64,000 bases of DNA from Acidobacteriota bacterium (GCA_965209055.1 OZ242374.1:5536001-5600000), one strand, 5' to 3'. Counted from the stretch's first letter, positions 10,305 through 21,121 are shown. Notes: generated by a model not told the origin, from the sequence alone. Made by a program: numbers and translations.

Positions 10305-13300
10305 TTAGTTACGGGGGCTCCCGCCCTTCACCGGAGCAGCGATCAGAGTCGGAGGTTCCGGTTCCTGCACGGGGGGGCGCCCCAGGAGCCACCGGGCGGC
10401 TCGTCCCAGGTCCTCCAGAATCATGTAGGTGCACGGCACCAGAACCAGGATGACCGGAGACGAGAACACGACGCCGAACGCCAGGGAAACCGCCATGGGA
10501 ATCAGGAACTGGGCCTGGAGGCTCGTTTCCATGAGCAATGGGGTCAGGCCGGCGAAAGTGGTCACCGAGGTGAGGAATATGGGTCGGAACCGAGCCGACC
10601 CGGCCGTCAGGATCGACTCCTGGAGAGGGACTCCGGCACGCCGTTGCCGGTTGACGTAATCGACCAGGATCAGGCTGTCGTTCACCACCACTCCCGCCAG
10701 GGCCACGATTCCGAATATCGAGAGGATGCTCAGATCCATACCCAGGATCCTGTGTCCCCAAAAGGCGCCCACCAGGCCGAAGGGAATTGCGCTCATGATG
10801 AGCAGGGGCTGGAAATAGGACCGGAGAGGTATGGCCAACAATCCGAATATGGCAGCCAGCGCTATGCCGAAGCCTTGGAGCAGGCCGTCGATCGTCTCGC
10901 TTTGCTGTTCCTGCTCGCCCTCCAGCGAATAGGTCAGGCCTGGAAACTGCCGCAACATGGAGGGAAGGTAGCCGCTCTCCAGTTCCGCCAGGATCTCGTT
11001 GGAGTTGGCCCGTTGAGTGTCCACTTCCGCAGTCACGCTGACGGAGCGATTCCGGTCCACCCGGCGGATGGTTGCAAAGCCGCGGCTCAGCTCCGAATCG
11101 GCCACCACCGAAAAAGGAACCTCTCCGCCCTCCGGAGTCCGGATCCGCATCTCCTCCATCTGCCCCAGGGAACGGCGCCGGTCCGAGGGGTACCGGACCA
11201 TGATCTTGACCTCGTCACGGCCCCGCTGAATCCGCTGGACCTCTTCTCCGTAGAAGGCTTGCCGAATCTGTCTAGCCAGGTCCGCCTGCGTCAGGCCCAG
11301 GGATTCGGCGGCTGGACGAATCTTGAGCTTGACCTCCTGCTTTCCGGCCCGGAAGGAATCGGCGATGTCGTAGACCCCGGCATATTCGTTCAATTTCAGC
11401 TTGAACCGGCGCGCGGCCTCCTGCAGTTGGTCCAGGTCGGGGCCGGAGAACTGAACGTTGATGGGAGCCCCCGCGGCGAAGATCGAGGCCGAGTAGGTGA
11501 GTTCCACGGCATCCGGGATGGTCCCCGTCAGTTCCCGCCAGCGGTTGGCGATCTCGGTGCTGCTGATGAGTCTGCCGTCTCGTGCCCGGGGCCGTTCCTC
11601 GGACGGCGCCAATTCGATGTTCACCGATCCCAGGTGTGCACCGCTAAACTGGGACACGTTTCCGCTTTGCCGGTTTTGAAGGACCCGGGCGGGTTGTTCC
11701 CCTACGGAAGCCAGCACGTGGCGGAAGACGCTGGCCGAGCCGCCTCCCTGGCTGGGAGAGTCGAGCTCCTCCCGAAGCAGCAATGCGGCCCGCTCCACTC
11801 TCTGCAAGGCGCGGCCCGTGACCTCGGCCGAAGTGCCCTGAGGCATGGTCAGGAAGGCCATGACGTTGTCCGCCTCCACCGGAGGGAAGAAATTGAACTT
11901 GATTCTTCCGCCCAGAATCAGGCCGACGACCATTACCAGGGTGGCAACGCCCAGGGCCGCCGTCAGATAGCGCCACTCGACGGCCACGCGCAGGAACGGT
12001 TCGTAGACTCGCTTGACGAATCGTTTGAGCTGGCGCGAGATCAGGTCCTGGAAGCGGTTCCACAACCCGGACAATCCCCGTTTCCGCAGCCTCTCGGAGC
12101 GTCTCAGGTGGGAGAGGTGATGGGGCAGGATGAGCAGGGACTCGACCAGTGAAAAGACCAGTGTGGGCAGGACCACCAGCGGAATGACCCGCATGATCTT
12201 CCCGGTGGAGCCTTCGATCATCAGCATCGGAGAGAAAGCGGCTACCGTGGTCGCCACCGCAAAGAACACGGGAATCATCATCTCCTGTGTCCCATCGATG
12301 ACCGCCCGCAGCTTGGGCTTCCCCTGTTCGTATTGGGAAAAGATGTTCTCGCCGACGACGATGGCGTCGTCCACCACGATTCCCAGCACGACGATGAAGG
12401 CGAACAGGGAGATCAGGCTGATGGAGACGTCCAGAAGGGGCAATGCCAGCAGGCAGCCCATAAACGAAATGGGGATGCCCAGGCTGACCCAGAACGCCAG
12501 GCCGACCCTCAGAAACAACGTCAGAGTCAGAACGACCAGCGCCAACCCAGCCAAACCGTTCTTGATCAGCAAGTTGAGCCGGCTCCGCAGGATGCGGGAG
12601 TCGTCCTTCCAAGTGGTCAGCGTCAGGCCTTCCGGCAACTGGAGCTGTTTCTGCTTGACGTACTCCCGCACGGCGGCGGCAATCTCCAGAGCGCTCTGCC
12701 TCCCGACCCGGAAGACCTGGACCAGGATGGCCGGCTGACCGTCGAACCGGGCCACCTGGTCGGTCTCGGCGAATCCGTCCACGACCCGGGCGACGTCTCC
12801 CAGCAGGACCCGCGTGCCGTCCGGTCGCGAGAGCAGAGTCAACTGCCGGAATTCCTCCCCCACGTAGGCCTGACTCTTGGTTCTCAGCAGGATCTCACCC
12901 GCTTCGGTCCTCACCGAGCCCCCGGGCAGGTCGAGGGAGGATCGGCGGACGGCCCGCGCCACCTCATCGAAGGTCAGACCGTGGCGGAGCAGGGCGTCCT
13001 CCGAAACTTCGATGGAGACTTCATAGGGGCGGGCGCTGGAAAGCTCAACCTGGGTGATCCCGGGCAGAGAGGCGACCTCATCCCGAACCTGCTCGGCGAC
13101 CCGCTTGAGGGTCCGTTCGTCGGCTGGTCCCGAGACGGCTATGTTAATGACCTGGTTGCGGACGATGAACTCCTGGATGACCGGCTGTTCGGCCTCCTCC
13201 GGAAAGGTGCTGATGGCGTCCACACGGCCCTTGACGTCGTCCAGAAGTTCCCGGGCGTCGGTTCCCTCCAGGATTGCCACGTTCACGATGCCCATGCCCT

Positions 13301-13559
13301 CGGAAGCCGTCGACGTGACCTGCTTGACCCCGGCAAGGCTTTGAACGGACTCCTCGATCCGGATACAGATTCCCTCCTCGACCTCCTCCGGCGCAGCGCC
13401 CGGATAGGCCACCGACACGCTGATCAGGTCCGTGGAGAACTCCGGGAAGACCTCTTTTCGAATCTCGGTAATGGAGAGGGCGCCGCCCACCAGGATCACG
13501 ACCATCAACAGGTTGGCCACGACCCCGTTGGATGCGAACCAGGCGACGAGTCCCTTCAT
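10305..13559 (-). CDS. RND efflux transporter permease (AcrB/AcrD/AcrF family), native operon copy
   Basis: ATG 13559 (MKGLVAWFASNGVVANLLM), TM4 GIVVDDAIVV, GVVVNDSLIL, RFRPIFLTSVTT. Confidence 0.92.
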   Translation of the reverse strand: MKGLVAWFASNGVVANLLMVVILVGGALSITEIRKEVFPEFSTDLISVSVAYPGAAPEEVEEGICIRIEESVQSLAGVKQVTSTASEGMGIVNVAILEGTDARELLDDVKGRVDAISTFPEEAEQPVIQEFIVRNQVINIAVSGPADERTLKRVAEQVRDEVASLPGITQVELSSARPYEVSIEVSEDALLRHGLTFDEVARAVRRSSLDLPGGSVRTEAGEILLRTKSQAYVGEEFRQLTLLSRPDGTRVLLGDVARVVDGFAETDQVARFDGQPAILVQVFRVGRQSALEIAAAVREYVKQKQLQLPEGLTLTTWKDDSRILRSRLNLLIKNGLAGLALVVLTLTLFLRVGLAFWVSLGIPISFMGCLLALPLLDVSISLISLFAFIVVLGIVVDDAIVVGENIFSQYEQGKPKLRAVIDGTQEMMIPVFFAVATTVAAFSPMLMIEGSTGKIMRVIPLVVLPTLVFSLVESLLILPHHLSHLRRSERLRKRGLSGLWNRFQDLISRQLKRFVKRVYEPFLRVAVEWRYLTAALGVATLVMVVGLILGGRIKFNFFPPVEADNVMAFLTMPQGTSAEVTGRALQRVERAALLLREELDSPSQGGGSASVFRHVLASVGEQPARVLQNRQSGNVSQFSGAHLGSVNIELAPSEERPRARDGRLISSTEIANRWRELTGTIPDAVELTYSASIFAAGAPINVQFSGPDLDQLQEAARRFKLKLNEYAGVYDIADSFRAGKQEVKLKIRPAAESLGLTQADLARQIRQAFYGEEVQRIQRGRDEVKIMVRYPSDRRRSLGQMEEMRIRTPEGGEVPFSVVADSELSRGFATIRRVDRNRSVSVTAEVDTQRANSNEILAELESGYLPSMLRQFPGLTYSLEGEQEQQSETIDGLLQGFGIALAAIFGLLAIPLRSYFQPLLIMSAIPFGLVGAFWGHRILGMDLSILSIFGIVALAGVVVNDSLILVDYVNRQRRAGVPLQESILTAGSARFRPIFLTSVTTFAGLTPLLMETSLQAQFLIPMAVSLAFGVVFSSPVILVLVPCTYMILEDLGRAARWLLGRPPVQEPEPPTLIAAPVKGGSPRN

Positions 13560-13934
13560 GGTGACACCTCGGAGCCGGAATCCGACTGAATCTGGTCCGC
13601 CACGCCGCCGGTAAGGGGCGCTGGAGTTTCGAGTTGTCGCGCCTTCACGAAGCGAAGACTCCCTTTGCCTGGCCGCAATGCACATCCAATCGTCCCGAAT
13701 CGAATTCGTTGCCTCCGATTCGTGACCACCATGGCGTTTGCTCCGATTTCGATATTCTACCTGTTTGCAGACGATGAGGGGTCGGGGGCTTGAGGCGCCC
13801 AACGCCGACGGCGCAAGGGCCGGCGCGGGCAGAGCCGGCAGACGCGTCGCCCCGGAATCTTGGAATCGGACGGCTCCGTCCCCGGGGAGAACACCGTTTC
13901 GGATCGCCGCCGGCGAAATGGCGACGGCTGTCGA

Positions 13935-15005
13935 CTATGGATTGACCGGACGCTGGTTGCGCTGGACGCCGCCGTCCCGGGGTTCCGGATAGAACTGCTT
14001 GCAATAGCGTCGAAAGGTTCCGATCTCGCCGTCGGACCGGCACAGTCTGGGGCGGGACAGGTACCGCTTCCGGCTCCAGATCTCCACATCCTGCAGCACG
14101 TCCCGCTTTTGTTGCCACAACATGAACCGGTTCATGAATTTGTTGCGCAGGCCCGGAGGAAGGAAACTCAGGCCCATGATCGGCCGTTTCGGTTTCCGCA
14201 TTTCCCGCACCTGCGCGGCGAGCACGACCTCGACAAACTTCCCGTCAACGGGCGTTGCGAGTACCCACAGGCGCATGTCCAGGGGGACGGATCGCTCGCG
14301 GATCTCGACGAACGAGTAGCCCAGTCCAAAGATGCGGGTGAAGGCGGAAATATCGACCGACATGTCCATGATCCCGCCAATGGTCTGGACCCGCTTGAAG
14401 TCAAAGTGGCCTTCGAGACAGGCGCCGTCGACGGTCACCCGCCCGATTCGGCTGACATTGTCATAGCCGTGCACGTACCGCAGGTGCGCCAAGTCCACGG
14501 CGTTCTCCGTCGTTTCCTGGGGATGGCCGGGAAACCGGACGGTCCGGAAGCCCAATTCGCTCCAGTCCGCTCCCGACGGCGGATCCTCGGGAAGGCTCCA
14601 TTGCGGCGGACGTCCGTCGATGCCCCACCAGGCGAACACCATGCCGAGAACCTCACGGATCTCGAATACCTTCAGCTTCGCGGCCTTCGGCGGCGGCGCA
14701 AAGGGAGTCGCGACACATTGGCCGCCGGCGTCGAACTCGTAGCCGTGAAACGGACAGACGAGACAGCCGTCGCGTACCCGGCCTCCGGCATCGGGCCCCA
14801 ATTCGGCCCCCAGGTGCGGACAGACCGCCTCGGCCACGCAGACGCGTCCTTCACCGTCGCACCAGGCGACGATTTCCTCGCCCATCCAGGTCTTCTGGAT
14901 CAGCTTTGCCCTGAGAATGGCCTCACGGCTGGAAACGAAGTACCAACCCTCGGGAAACGGAAGCAGCGAGGAGGCTTTGTCAGGCTCGAAATGTCGTTTT
15001 GCCAT
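13935..15005 (-). CDS. Rieske [2Fe-2S] oxygenase, KshA/Neverland(DAF-36)-like steroid-acting family
   Basis: Rieske ligands CPHLG...CPFHG, mononuclear iron motif ENAVDLAHLRYVH, and C-terminal QDVEIW..K.Y...P.LC..DG.I..FRRY.KQFY typical of KshA/Neverland. Confidence 0.85.
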   Translation of the reverse strand: MAKRHFEPDKASSLLPFPEGWYFVSSREAILRAKLIQKTWMGEEIVAWCDGEGRVCVAEAVCPHLGAELGPDAGGRVRDGCLVCPFHGYEFDAGGQCVATPFAPPPKAAKLKVFEIREVLGMVFAWWGIDGRPPQWSLPEDPPSGADWSELGFRTVRFPGHPQETTENAVDLAHLRYVHGYDNVSRIGRVTVDGACLEGHFDFKRVQTIGGIMDMSVDISAFTRIFGLGYSFVEIRERSVPLDMRLWVLATPVDGKFVEVVLAAQVREMRKPKRPIMGLSFLPPGLRNKFMNRFMLWQQKRDVLQDVEIWSRKRYLSRPRLCRSDGEIGTFRRYCKQFYPEPRDGGVQRNQRPVNP

Positions 15006-15402
15006 TTTCCACCGAAGTTTCGTCGTCTGATGGCACCGATAGCCTCCAAGCCAAGTGGGAGAAAACGAAGCTACAATTCCATTCTATCCGTCATCGACGA
15101 CCCCATTTTTACTTCGGCCCGGTGACGCATCACACGCGGCTCGCAAATCTCCTGTCGCGACCCAGGCGATTTCACGTGGACCGAACCTCAGACTTGTCTA
15201 GGCAGCCATTTTTGCCAATGGTAGGATATAACGTCCTTTTTGCCGGAATTTAGTCACAGGCTTCTGCTTGCCTCAGTTCATGGATTCCCTCAAATCAGCC
15301 GTCCTCTTACAGCGTGCCTGTCGGCCGGCGAGACCTGGGATCAGCTTCGCGAAGCGGCCGGCGAATTCCCGGGCCGGGTCAGCTTCCGGCGGGTAGATCA
15401 CC

Positions 15403-16611
15403 ATGAGGAAGATACTCGGCTACCTGGTTGCGGTTGCCATTCTTGCAGGCTCCGTCTACCTGGCCTATTACCTGGTGTCGCTGGCGCCCGAACCGGAACG
15501 CACCGAGCCGCCTCCCCAGATTCCCTTTGCCCAGACCGGCCGGGTTGCGGCCGGCACCGGAGCCATCCCCGTCTATGGCGCCGGCACCGTACGGCCCAGC
15601 GCGGAAGTCGACATCGCTCCGCTCGTCAGCGGCAGCGTCGTCTGGTTGGAACCGGGTTTCCAGAGCGGCGGGCGGATCGAGTCCGGTCAGCCGATCCTGC
15701 GTATCGACAACGCCGACTATCTGCAACGCCTGCGCGAGGCGGAGGCCGAGCTCGAAGCCCGTCGGGTGGCCCTCGATTTGGCCCGGGAAAAAGGGACGTT
15801 CGCCCGCGCCGAATTCGAGGAGTACTCGCGCCAGCAACTCGAGGCGGGAGCTCCGGTGGGCGAACCGGGGCCCTTGGCGTTGGGGGAACCGGAAATCAAG
15901 GCGGCTCGGGCCGCGCTGCACCGTGTGGAGGTCCAGATCGCCGGCGCCGAGCTGGCCCTGTCCCGAACCGAACTGCGGGCGCCGTTTGACGGCTATGTGC
16001 GCAACGAATCGGTGGATACCGGGCAGTTCGTGTCCGCAGGCCAGACCGTTGGGCGGCTGATGGCGGCCGAGGCCGTCGAGGTGGCCGTGCCCCTGTCCGA
16101 CGCCAACGCCGCCATGATTCCAGGGCTTTGGAAGCTTCGCGCGGGAGACGCCGAACGGCGGGTGGCCGCCCGGGTGACCGCCAGGTTCGACGACGCCAGC
16201 TATGTTTGGAAGGGCTATGTCGACCGGGCTGAAGTCTCAGTCGACGAGCAGACGCGAACCATCGACGCGATTGTACGGGTGCCCAACCCTTTTTCGGCGG
16301 GTGTTCCGGCGGACGGGTCCGGCGATGCACCCCCGCTCCTGGTAGGCAAGTTCGTGGAGGTAAAGATTCAAGGTCTTGTACCGGAGAGCTATTTCCGGGT
16401 GCCGCGGGCTGCACTGCAAACCGGCGACGAGGTCTGGACAGTTGGTGAAGACCAGACGGTGAGTATTGTCCCGGTCCGCGTCTTGCAGCGGGCCAACGAC
16501 GAAGCCGTGGTGGTCGGCGCCCTGGAAGACGGGCAGTTGGCCATCACAGGCGGCATTCAATTCGTCACCGAAGGCATGGTGGTACAAACAGCGGCCGGTT
16601 CGGCGGAATGA
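15403..16611 (+). CDS. RND efflux periplasmic adaptor (MFP), island copy
   Basis: N-terminal TM segment, GTVRP, ELRAPFDG, PPLLVGKFVEV, VPRAAL. ATGA overlap with the downstream RND. Confidence 0.9.
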   Translation: MRKILGYLVAVAILAGSVYLAYYLVSLAPEPERTEPPPQIPFAQTGRVAAGTGAIPVYGAGTVRPSAEVDIAPLVSGSVVWLEPGFQSGGRIESGQPILRIDNADYLQRLREAEAELEARRVALDLAREKGTFARAEFEEYSRQQLEAGAPVGEPGPLALGEPEIKAARAALHRVEVQIAGAELALSRTELRAPFDGYVRNESVDTGQFVSAGQTVGRLMAAEAVEVAVPLSDANAAMIPGLWKLRAGDAERRVAARVTARFDDASYVWKGYVDRAEVSVDEQTRTIDAIVRVPNPFSAGVPADGSGDAPPLLVGKFVEVKIQGLVPESYFRVPRAALQTGDEVWTVGEDQTVSIVPVRVLQRANDEAVVVGALEDGQLAITGGIQFVTEGMVVQTAAGSAE

Positions 16612-19600
16612 GCCAAAACGAACAACAACCGGCGGAACCCGGCGGGCCAATCGCCTATATGGCGGGCAGCAGCGTCGCGGCCAACCTGCTGATGTTCGGC
16701 ATCCTCGCTGCGGGCCTCGTGTCTCTGACCGGCCTCGAGCAGGAAGCGTGGCCCGAGGTGCCCTTCTATCAGTTCGAAATCTCCGTGACGCTCCCTGGGG
16801 CAACGCCCGACGAGGTGGAGGAGGCCATCGTCGTCAAGATCGAGGATGAGGTCCGTGGACTGGCGGACGTGAAGGCGGTCAGGTCCGTAGCGGCCCCGGG
16901 AATGGCGTCCGTCAGGGTCGAATTCAGATCGGGTACGGACATGGGCGCGAAGAGGGATGAAATCGAGTCGGCGGTCGGGCGTATTCAGACGTTCCCGGGC
17001 GGAGCCGAGCGGCCCCGAATCCGGGAAATGACCAACGCCCAGAGCATGATGCGCCTCATCCTCTACGGCGACGTTCCCGAGCGCTCGCTGAAAGAACTCG
17101 CCTATCGTATCGAGGACGATCTCGCTTCCCTCCCGAACGTGTCCCAGGTCGAGACCAACGGTGTGCGCAACTACGAGATCTCCATCGAAGTGCCACTGCG
17201 GTGGCTACGGGCCGTTGGGCTAACTCTGACCGATGTCGCCAATACGATTCGTCGCGGTTCGCTGGACCTGTCTGCGGGCAGCATCAATACCGAGCAGTCC
17301 CAGGTGCGGATTCGGACCCTCGGTCAGAGCTACGATCAGCAGGATTTCGAGGAGATCGTCATCCTCGGCCGCGACGACGGCACAGCGGTGCGCTTGGGTG
17401 ATATTGCCGAGGTGCGCGACAGCTTCGAGGACTCGGATTTGATCGTGCGGCACCAGGGCCATCCCGCCGTGTTCGTTGAGGTTTCGCGAGCCGACGGCGA
17501 GAGGGTGATGGATGTGGCGCGCGCCGTTCGGGACCATGTTGCGAACGAGATAGCGCCCTCGCTCCCCGACGGCGTGGGCATCACTATCTGGAGCGACGAC
17601 TCTTCGGTATTCGTGGAGCGGGGCCTCCTTCTCCTCAAAAACGGATCCTTGGGGTTGTTGCTGGTCTTGTTCGCGCTTGGCCTTTTTCTCGAAGTCCGGT
17701 TGGCGTTTTGGGTCGCCGTCGGTCTCGGCGTTTCCGCGATCGGCGCCCTGGCCGCCATGATGATGTTCGACATCCCGCTCCATGAGATTTCGCTCTTCGC
17801 TTTCGTGCTCGCCATCGGAATCATCGTAGACGATGCGATCGTCGTGTCCGAGCACATTCACCTGGAGCGAATGCGCGGCACGCCGGGGGTTGTCGCGGCG
17901 ATCCGGGGTGCGCGACGAATCAAGGTGCCACTGATCTTCGCCGTGCTGACTACGGTCGTGGCGTTCGTTCCGCTGCTCTTCATACCCGCGGGCTTCGGAG
18001 AGGTCTGGAAGGCACTGCCCATCGTCGTCATTGCCACGCTGCTGTTTTCGCTGGTCGAATCGCTGCTGGTGCTGCCCAACCATCTGTCCCATCATCTGCA
18101 CGGCCCGGATTGGGTGCCCGGCACGAGCATCGAACGATTCGTCTCCCGGATCCAGAATCGTGTCGATTCCTGGTTGAACAGCTTTGTACAGGGGCCCCTG
18201 GATCGTGGGATACAGTTCGCGACGGACTGGCCTGAGGTGACGGTCTCGGGGGCGGTCGCGCTGCTCATCCTGAGCATTTCCCTCATTCCGGCCGGCATCG
18301 TCCCCACCACCTTCGCAACAGCGGTCGAAGGCGACTTCGCAATCGCCACCCTCGAGATGCCGGACGGAACGACCGCGGAGCAGACGTACGCAGTGGCGCA
18401 ACAGCTGGAATCAGCCGGTCGCCGGGCCATCGAGCGGCTTTCTGAAGGCCGGCCCGCGGATGCGCCTCCTCTGCTGTCCGGAGTTACAGTCGTCGTCGGT
18501 CAGCGTTCGCGGATCGAAACCGGGGGCCTCAATCCCTCGCCCACCCTGAACCCGGAAGCCAATGTCGCCACCATCGAGTTCAAGCTCCTGGGCGCGCAGC
18601 AACGGCGCATCACTTCGGGAGAAGTCGTGCAGGCATGGCGCGAGGAGGTGGGTGTCCTGCCTCATGCGCGCGCGGTCACCTACATCAGTGAGATCTACAC
18701 ACTGGGCAACCCGGTCGAGGTCGCGCTGTCCCACCCGGATCCGGAACGCCTGGTCGAGATCGCATCTTCCGCAGTCGCTGGCCTTGGCGGAGTCGGAGGC
18801 GTCTTCGACATACGCTCTGATCACACTCGCAGTATCCCGGAAGTTCAGGTGGGATTGCGTCCCGAAGCGCGCACCCTCGGCCTCACGCTTGATGATCTTG
18901 CCGGGCAGACGAGAGCCGCCTTCTTTGGCGTGGAGGCCGTGCGGGTGCAGCGAGGACGTGAAGAAGTTCGGGTTTATGTGCGGCTACCCGAGGAGCAGCG
19001 TAATGCGATCACCGACGTCGAGAGATACTGGCTCCGTACGCCAACCGGTGCCGACGTGCCGTTAAGCCGCGTGGCTTCGCTGAGTTCTGGCACATCGCCG
19101 CCGGCCATCCGGCGCCAAGACGGCCATCGCATTGTCACGGTTTCCGCTGATGTGGATGCCAGTGTGATTTCCGCCGCGACCGCCAATGACATTCTGGAGA
19201 ACACTATCCTCGCGGAACTCATCGAGGAAAACCCGGAACTCACGTACACCTTCGGAGGTGAACAGCAGCAGCAGCTCGACTCTTTGGGCGGTCTCTTCCG
19301 CGGATTCGTGATCGCGTTGCTCATGATCTTCGCGCTGCTGGCCATTCCGTTGCGCTCCTACACCAAACCGTTCATCATCATGGCCATCATCCCGTTTGGG
19401 TTCATCGGCGTGATCCTGGGTCACTGGGTCCTGGGGGTGGCGTTGAGCGCGGAATCCTTTGTCGGGATATTCGGCCTCGCCGGCGTGGTGGTGAACGATT
19501 CCCTGGTGATGATCGATTTTATCGATCAGAAGCTCAGGGAAAACACTCCGGTGCGAACCGCGATCATCGAGGGTGCGAAGGGACGATTTCGCCCGATCAT

Positions 19601-19787
19601 GCTGACTTCCTTGACCACCTTCCTCGGCTTCACCCCCCTTATTCTCGAAGACGCCATTCAGGCGCAGTTCTTTGTTCCCTTCGCCGCCTCGATCGGCTGC
19701 GGCATCCTCTTCACCACGACAATCATCATGTTTCTGGTGCCGGCGCTTTCCTCGTTCCATCTGCGCCTGACCTCGACGCGGGGCTGA
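16608..19787 (+). CDS. RND efflux transporter permease, island copy
   Basis: AANLLM, GIIVDDAIVV, GVVVNDSLVM, RFRPIMLTSLTT. Clear paralogue of 10305..13559. Confidence 0.92.
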   Translation: MSQNEQQPAEPGGPIAYMAGSSVAANLLMFGILAAGLVSLTGLEQEAWPEVPFYQFEISVTLPGATPDEVEEAIVVKIEDEVRGLADVKAVRSVAAPGMASVRVEFRSGTDMGAKRDEIESAVGRIQTFPGGAERPRIREMTNAQSMMRLILYGDVPERSLKELAYRIEDDLASLPNVSQVETNGVRNYEISIEVPLRWLRAVGLTLTDVANTIRRGSLDLSAGSINTEQSQVRIRTLGQSYDQQDFEEIVILGRDDGTAVRLGDIAEVRDSFEDSDLIVRHQGHPAVFVEVSRADGERVMDVARAVRDHVANEIAPSLPDGVGITIWSDDSSVFVERGLLLLKNGSLGLLLVLFALGLFLEVRLAFWVAVGLGVSAIGALAAMMMFDIPLHEISLFAFVLAIGIIVDDAIVVSEHIHLERMRGTPGVVAAIRGARRIKVPLIFAVLTTVVAFVPLLFIPAGFGEVWKALPIVVIATLLFSLVESLLVLPNHLSHHLHGPDWVPGTSIERFVSRIQNRVDSWLNSFVQGPLDRGIQFATDWPEVTVSGAVALLILSISLIPAGIVPTTFATAVEGDFAIATLEMPDGTTAEQTYAVAQQLESAGRRAIERLSEGRPADAPPLLSGVTVVVGQRSRIETGGLNPSPTLNPEANVATIEFKLLGAQQRRITSGEVVQAWREEVGVLPHARAVTYISEIYTLGNPVEVALSHPDPERLVEIASSAVAGLGGVGGVFDIRSDHTRSIPEVQVGLRPEARTLGLTLDDLAGQTRAAFFGVEAVRVQRGREEVRVYVRLPEEQRNAITDVERYWLRTPTGADVPLSRVASLSSGTSPPAIRRQDGHRIVTVSADVDASVISAATANDILENTILAELIEENPELTYTFGGEQQQQLDSLGGLFRGFVIALLMIFALLAIPLRSYTKPFIIMAIIPFGFIGVILGHWVLGVALSAESFVGIFGLAGVVVNDSLVMIDFIDQKLRENTPVRTAIIEGAKGRFRPIMLTSLTTFLGFTPLILEDAIQAQFFVPFAASIGCGILFTTTIIMFLVPALSSFHLRLTSTRG

Positions 19788-20005
19788 CGGCCGGTGGGGA
19801 AAGTGGCGCGCGCACCGAGGCCACACCGGAAGAACTGGCCTGCGAGGTTCCCGGTTGACAGGGCGAGTGGGGGAGGAGCGCCCACCGGAAGATCGGCCCG
19901 GGCGTAATCCAACCGAAACTCAACGATGGGAGCTGCGAAGCGACGCGTTCTCGCCGGGATGCATCACCCGTCGAATGCCACACTACCGTGTCTGCAGGCC
20001 GCCAA

Positions 20006-21058
20006 TTACCCCCGAAGAGGCCGCCGCGCCACGAAACAGTAGAGCGGTGTGAAAATACCGGCCCTGCCCCCGGCAACATAGGCGTTTGCGGTCCGATCCA
20101 GTAGCCCGACGACCTCCGTCGAGCCTTTCGGGAACGTACCGAGAAACTCGGCCATCCTGGATCCCCTCCTCACAACCTTGCGACCCATCGGGGTCCGGCG
20201 TAAAGCGCCGCCGAGCAGTCCGCCCCGGGTTTCCATGGGCTGATACCACGGCCTGACCGGACCGTGCTGGTCGCTGGCGAGGTCCAACCCTTCCATGACT
20301 TCGAATCCCGCGGTTTCGAGCGCCCGGTTGACCTCCCGGAACGTCGCGATTTCCTTGAGCGCGATGCCGTGCATGAGTTCTCGCTTGATGGCGCGATGCC
20401 GATCGTCGCCGGGATCGAACAGGTCCGTCATGCACATTTCCTGGCCCCAGAAGAGAGCTCCGGGTTTCAGGACACGGTAGATTTCGGCGAACGCAGCCAC
20501 CTTGTCGGCCGCGTGGCAGGTCGATTCGATCGCGTAGCCACGATCAAACGTCTTGTCCTTGATGGCGCTCATCTCCATGAAGCTGCACACCTGGCAGTCG
20601 GTCATGTGATCGAGCCCCGCAGCGGCGTTCAGCCGCTGGGCGTTGTTGCACTGGACTTCACTGACGTTGATTCCGACGACCCTTACATCGGCCTCGCGGG
20701 CGACCCGGCGCATCGGACCGCCGATCCCGCAGCCGATGTCGACTACCGTCATGCCCGGGCGCAGTTCGAGCTTGGAGATCATGAGTCGCTGGTGCCGGAT
20801 CTTGGAGTCCTCCAAGCTCTCGCCAGACGACAGCGGCGCGAAGTGCAGGGATTCTCCCCAACCGAAGACCATGAACTCGCTGCAAAGGTCGTAGTATTCC
20901 TTCACGGTCAGCGTGTGGTCGTAGAGCGCTTCGGAATCCTGGCGGGACTCCCTGTCGGTCCATCCTTCGAAGTCGTGCACGCGGCGGACGACGTTCGACC
21001 CGTCGAATGCGGCCTTCAGCGCATTGGATAGTTCGCGGAATCGCCTCACGGGCCTCAA
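20006..21058 (-). CDS. sterol C24-methyltransferase-like SAM-dependent methyltransferase (ERG6/SMT family)
   Basis: YYDLCSEFMVFGWGESLHFAP (SMT region I-like), VDIGCGIGGP (II), YAIESTCHA (III), VLKPG, and C-terminal GIFTPLY. Likely start TTG 21058 after GGAG; the ORF stays open to 21118. Confidence 0.85.
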   Translation of the reverse strand: MRPVRRFRELSNALKAAFDGSNVVRRVHDFEGWTDRESRQDSEALYDHTLTVKEYYDLCSEFMVFGWGESLHFAPLSSGESLEDSKIRHQRLMISKLELRPGMTVVDIGCGIGGPMRRVAREADVRVVGINVSEVQCNNAQRLNAAAGLDHMTDCQVCSFMEMSAIKDKTFDRGYAIESTCHAADKVAAFAEIYRVLKPGALFWGQEMCMTDLFDPGDDRHRAIKRELMHGIALKEIATFREVNRALETAGFEVMEGLDLASDQHGPVRPWYQPMETRGGLLGGALRRTPMGRKVVRRGSRMAEFLGTFPKGSTEVVGLLDRTANAYVAGGRAGIFTPLYCFVARRPLRG

Positions 21059-21121
21059 GGCAGGCTCTCCAGTCGATCCAAGACGGCTAGGCGGGCAAGT
21101 GACGTGCTTACCCCGCATAGC

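Noticed and set aside
13560-13934. 81-aa N-terminal extension of the RND ORF (to 13802) and small overlapping ORFs
   Set aside because: Homology to RND proteins begins at ATG 13559. The upstream sequence belongs to the island end and has no recognisable protein motifs.
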